From Paraspadella gotoi (Eukaryota; Animalia; Chaetognatha): DNA of 64,000 nucleotides. Every line of letters starts with the position of its first letter. The stretch's first letter is position 1. The DNA lies in assembly GCA_051294375.1 (NCBI GenBank), contig CM119271.1, positions 10,477,811 to 10,541,810 of the forward strand, written 5' to 3'. The notes under the pieces are model-generated. The model ran no database searches. It saw only the letters and a list, made by a program, of their open reading frames with translations, and was not told the DNA's origin. Both the position numbers and the translations under genes were made by a program. Of this stretch, positions 60,650 to 64,000 are shown piece after piece.

Positions 60650-61860
60650 ATATATATGTATACGCGGCTTTGGTTCTTCCTTGACTCTTAGCTTATTGTA
60701 TTTCTTTAATAAAATCATAATTAAAATGATAATTAAATGATAATTAAATCAATGATATTAATGATATCATAATTAAATGATATATATGTGCGGTTTGGTT
60801 CTTCTCTATTGACTTTAGTTATTGTGATTTCTTTTTAATTAAAATCATAATTAAAATGTAATTAAATGATAATTAAATCATAATTAATTGGATATCATAT
60901 TAACATGATATATTATGTAGCGGCTTTGGTTCTTCTTTTGACTTTAGTTATTGTATTTCTTTTAATTAAAGTCATAATTCTAAATGATATTAAATGCTAA
61001 TTAAATCTAATAATGAAATTGATATCATTAATATAAATGATATATAATGTAGCGGCTTGTTTCTTCTTGACTTTAGTTATTGTATTTCTTTTAATTAAAT
61101 CATTTAAATTAAATGATAATTAATGATAATTAATGCATAATTAATTGATATCATAATTAAATGATATTATGTAGCGCTTTGGTCTTCCTTTGACTTTTAG
61201 TTTTGTATTTCTTTTAATTAAAATCATAACTTAATGATAATTTTAAATGCATAAATTAAATCATAATTAATTGATACATAATTAAGATGATATATATGTA
61301 GCGGTTTGTGTTCTTCTTGATTTAGTTATTGTATTTCTTTTAATTAAAACATTAATTAAATGATAATTAAAATGATAATTAAATCATATTAATTGATATC
61401 ATAATTAACATGATATATATGGTAGCGGCTTTGGTTCTTCCTTTGACTTTAGTTATTGTATTTCTTTATAATAAATCATAATGTAAATTGATAATAAATG
61501 ATAATTAAATCTATAATTGATATCTAATTAAATGATATATATGTAGCGGCTTTGGTTCTTCCTTTGACTTTAGTTTATTGTTTTCTTTTAATTTAAAATC
61601 ATAATTAAATTGATAATTTTAAATCATAATTAAATTATAATTAATTGATATCATAATTAAATGATATATATGTAGCGGCTTTGGTTCTTCCTTTGACTTT
61701 AGTTATTGTATTTCTTTTAAGTTAAAATCATAATTAAAGATAATTAAATGATAATTAAATCATAATTAATTGATATCATAATTAAATTATATATATGTAG
61801 CGGCTTTGTCTTCCTTTGACTTTAGTTATGTATTTCTTTAATTAAAATGATAATTTTAAA
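60650..61860. repeat. AT-rich satellite, ~10 copies of a ~127-bp unit
   Basis: Recurring atatatatgtagcggctttggttcttcctttgacttttagttattgtatttc plus (ataattaaat)-type subrepeats; copies differ mostly by small indels. Confidence 0.92.
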
Positions 61861-63042
61861 AATCATCGCAAGGCTATTTCTCTATAATATTTTCTCACTA
61901 AATATATTTATTCCACTTTTGACTTCTGAATTCCTTCACAAATTAATTTACGAACTGAACGATTGATCGGCGTGACTTTCTACAGTCAAAGCGTCTTTGA
62001 AATCTGTCGACGACTACGGAAACTCGTTTCATCGAATCTACTAAAGAAAGAAAGACAAAAAGAAAGAAAGAAAAGAAAGAAAGAAAGAAAGAGAGCCACA
62101 AAGAAAGAACCAACTACAAAAAAAATGAGATAAAGATAGAAAAAGTAAAGAAGAAAAATAAAAAAAGGATGGAAACCAACCAACCGATGGGTACAGAGTT
62201 GCACGCGATATCTCAGCCTTGCAAAAAGTTGCTTGACGCTGGCAAAATTCTGGCACAAAAGGCTGGAAATGGACAAATGCTTGGTCATTGGTATGAATGA
62301 TGAACGATTAACTCGTAACTCGATTTTATTTCGATCTACTAGTTGTCCTGTTAAAAACCTAAAAAAAAAATCAATAAAAATATTCAAGTTTTTTTTTTTC
62401 GGTATTAATAAATTTTAATTGAAAAACGCAAAAAGCTGGATTTTTTTCCGGAATTCATAAATGCTTTTTTTACCGAAGCAAAAAAAGAAAGAAATCCGAC
62501 CATAGGGGTCCAAATTTTTCAAAATTGCTTCAAATGGGCACATTGGGCAGGAAATCATTCTCCGGGGGGGGGAGGGTTCGCTCATTTTTTATATCGAATA
62601 AATTCGGCAAAGAGGGTTTCATTGCGTGAGGGAATAAACGTCGTGATTTAAACTGTGAAACTTTTATAATATACATCTTTTACTGTAAAATAAGTAATAT
62701 TAATTTTTTTTTCCAAAAGATATATTTATCAACATGTATTTTTTTTTATTCAGATACAATAAATTCTGAAACGAAACATTAACTATTCCTATTCGTGTAT
62801 ATATTTATTTTTTTAGATAATTCTTTTTAAATTTTCAGTCGGGGAATGGGGTTGGGTTTAAATTTCGACTGGACCGTCATCGTCGTTCGACGATCGAAAC
62901 TGACAAAAAAAATGAACATAAAGGAAAAAAAAATAAACACAAGAAAAACTTTCCGTTAAAATAAAAAAAATAAAAAAATTCACTCGGAAAAAGTGATTCG
63001 TCTCGAGAGAAAGAAAGACTAAATCCCGAGATTAAGACAACA

Positions 63043-63640
63043 ATGAACTCAGTTGGCACGAGAACAAAAATGGAAAACACGAACGAGGCGAAGGTAAACA
63101 AAAACGGGAACGAGGCTAAGGTAAACACATAAACACGAGCTTTTCTTGAGTTTTATAAAAGTTTCTTTTAATCCTTCGAAACCGAGGAAAATCACGGGGA
63201 AGGTAGGACCTGGGATTTGAAGAATTTATGCCGTGAAAATATAGTATTTTTTTAACCATTTTAATTATTTGGATTTATTAATAGCGAGACGTCATATAAA
63301 GTATTTTAAAACTATATCAATTATAAGTTTGTAAAGTTAACAAAATGACAAAACAGCAACCAACAAAAAGAAAACAACAACAAAAACAGTCCATCTCACT
63401 ATTTTATAATTTTAGTCAACGACTGGCGTCGAAAACGGCGACGACTCTCCGATTCCATCTTATCGGCGCGGCGTCAGCGTCAAAGATCTTACCTCAGGCG
63501 GCGCCGCTGAACCGGCGTCAATTTCGGACTCAACGTCGCCGTCGAGCGGCGTCAAAGACCCGGCGTCGAGCGGCGTCGAAATGCGGCGTCTCAAGCCGAA
63601 GTCGTTCAGACCCTACAAAAGCAACGAAGAGTATCTTCAG
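63043..63640 (+). CDS. GAS2-like / pigs protein, N-terminal exons 63043-63093 (alternative donor 63120) and 63416-63640; continues beyond the window
   Basis: The second exon ends ...RRLKPKSFRPYKSNEEYLQ|GT, matching the GAS2L/pigs motif KS.RPF.SSE.Y.EAMKEDL that precedes the CH domain. Both introns are phase 0. The CH domain itself is not in the window. Confidence 0.75.
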
Positions 63641-64000
63641 GTTCTGGTTCCATTTGCGCCGTTGAATGATTTGGCATGGGGCAGAACTTCAAAATGTATT
63701 TTTCATTATCTTTAGCTGAATTCTTTAACGTTTGTTGAGTGATGGCCCGTTGTCAGTTTTTTTAAACTCTTGTAATTTTGTCATTTTTCATATCTTTGGT
63801 CACTTATGTAATGTTTTTTTTACTTTTTAAAACCTGTATATAAAAGATATCATTATAACGAGTGGTTCTTTTCGTCTTACTTTTTTGGGGGGGGAATTCT
63901 TCTTTCAAGCGACTAAAGTTTTCCACAGCCTCCCATCTGTAATCATCTCTCTTCCGTCCTCATCCATCCCAATCCCCAAACCCCATCCCAATCCCCAACC

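Noticed and set aside
60650-61860. CRISPR-like regular repeat array
   Set aside because: The intervening sequences are also repeated (no unique spacers), the context is eukaryotic and no cas genes are present. It is a satellite, and the indel-type variation may be unpolished read error.

Overview
Animal (metazoan, probably invertebrate) genomic DNA with GC-rich exons, short AT-rich GT-AG introns, many (CT/GA)n tracts and two N gaps. I reconstructed seven intron-containing genes by hand, all on the + strand: the 3' end of a GRIP golgin (GCC1/GCC88-like), a PAF-acetylhydrolase Ib alpha subunit, a full acetyl-CoA carboxylase, Axin, an unrecognised ~546-aa secreted glycoprotein, TTC25/ODAD4, and the 5' end of a GAS2-like (pigs/GAS2L) gene. 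Introns and intergenic DNA carry a TA-flanked MITE, a TTAA-flanked Kolobok-like element, DINE-1/HINE-like elements, a tRNA-derived SINE, long palindromes and a ~127-bp satellite. Most notable: (1) the Axin tankyrase-binding motif lies upstream of the first in-frame AUG, next to Kozak-context ACG codons; (2) one Axin intron is GC-rich and multi-hairpin; (3) ODAD4 has a CxxC..CxxC insert and needs a GC-AG intron; (4) ACC ends in tandem RxRxxS sites; (5) the orphan secreted gene. Gene identities come from recalled motifs, not database searches; exon boundaries are manual. Most ORFs in the supplied track are shadow or low-complexity frames.
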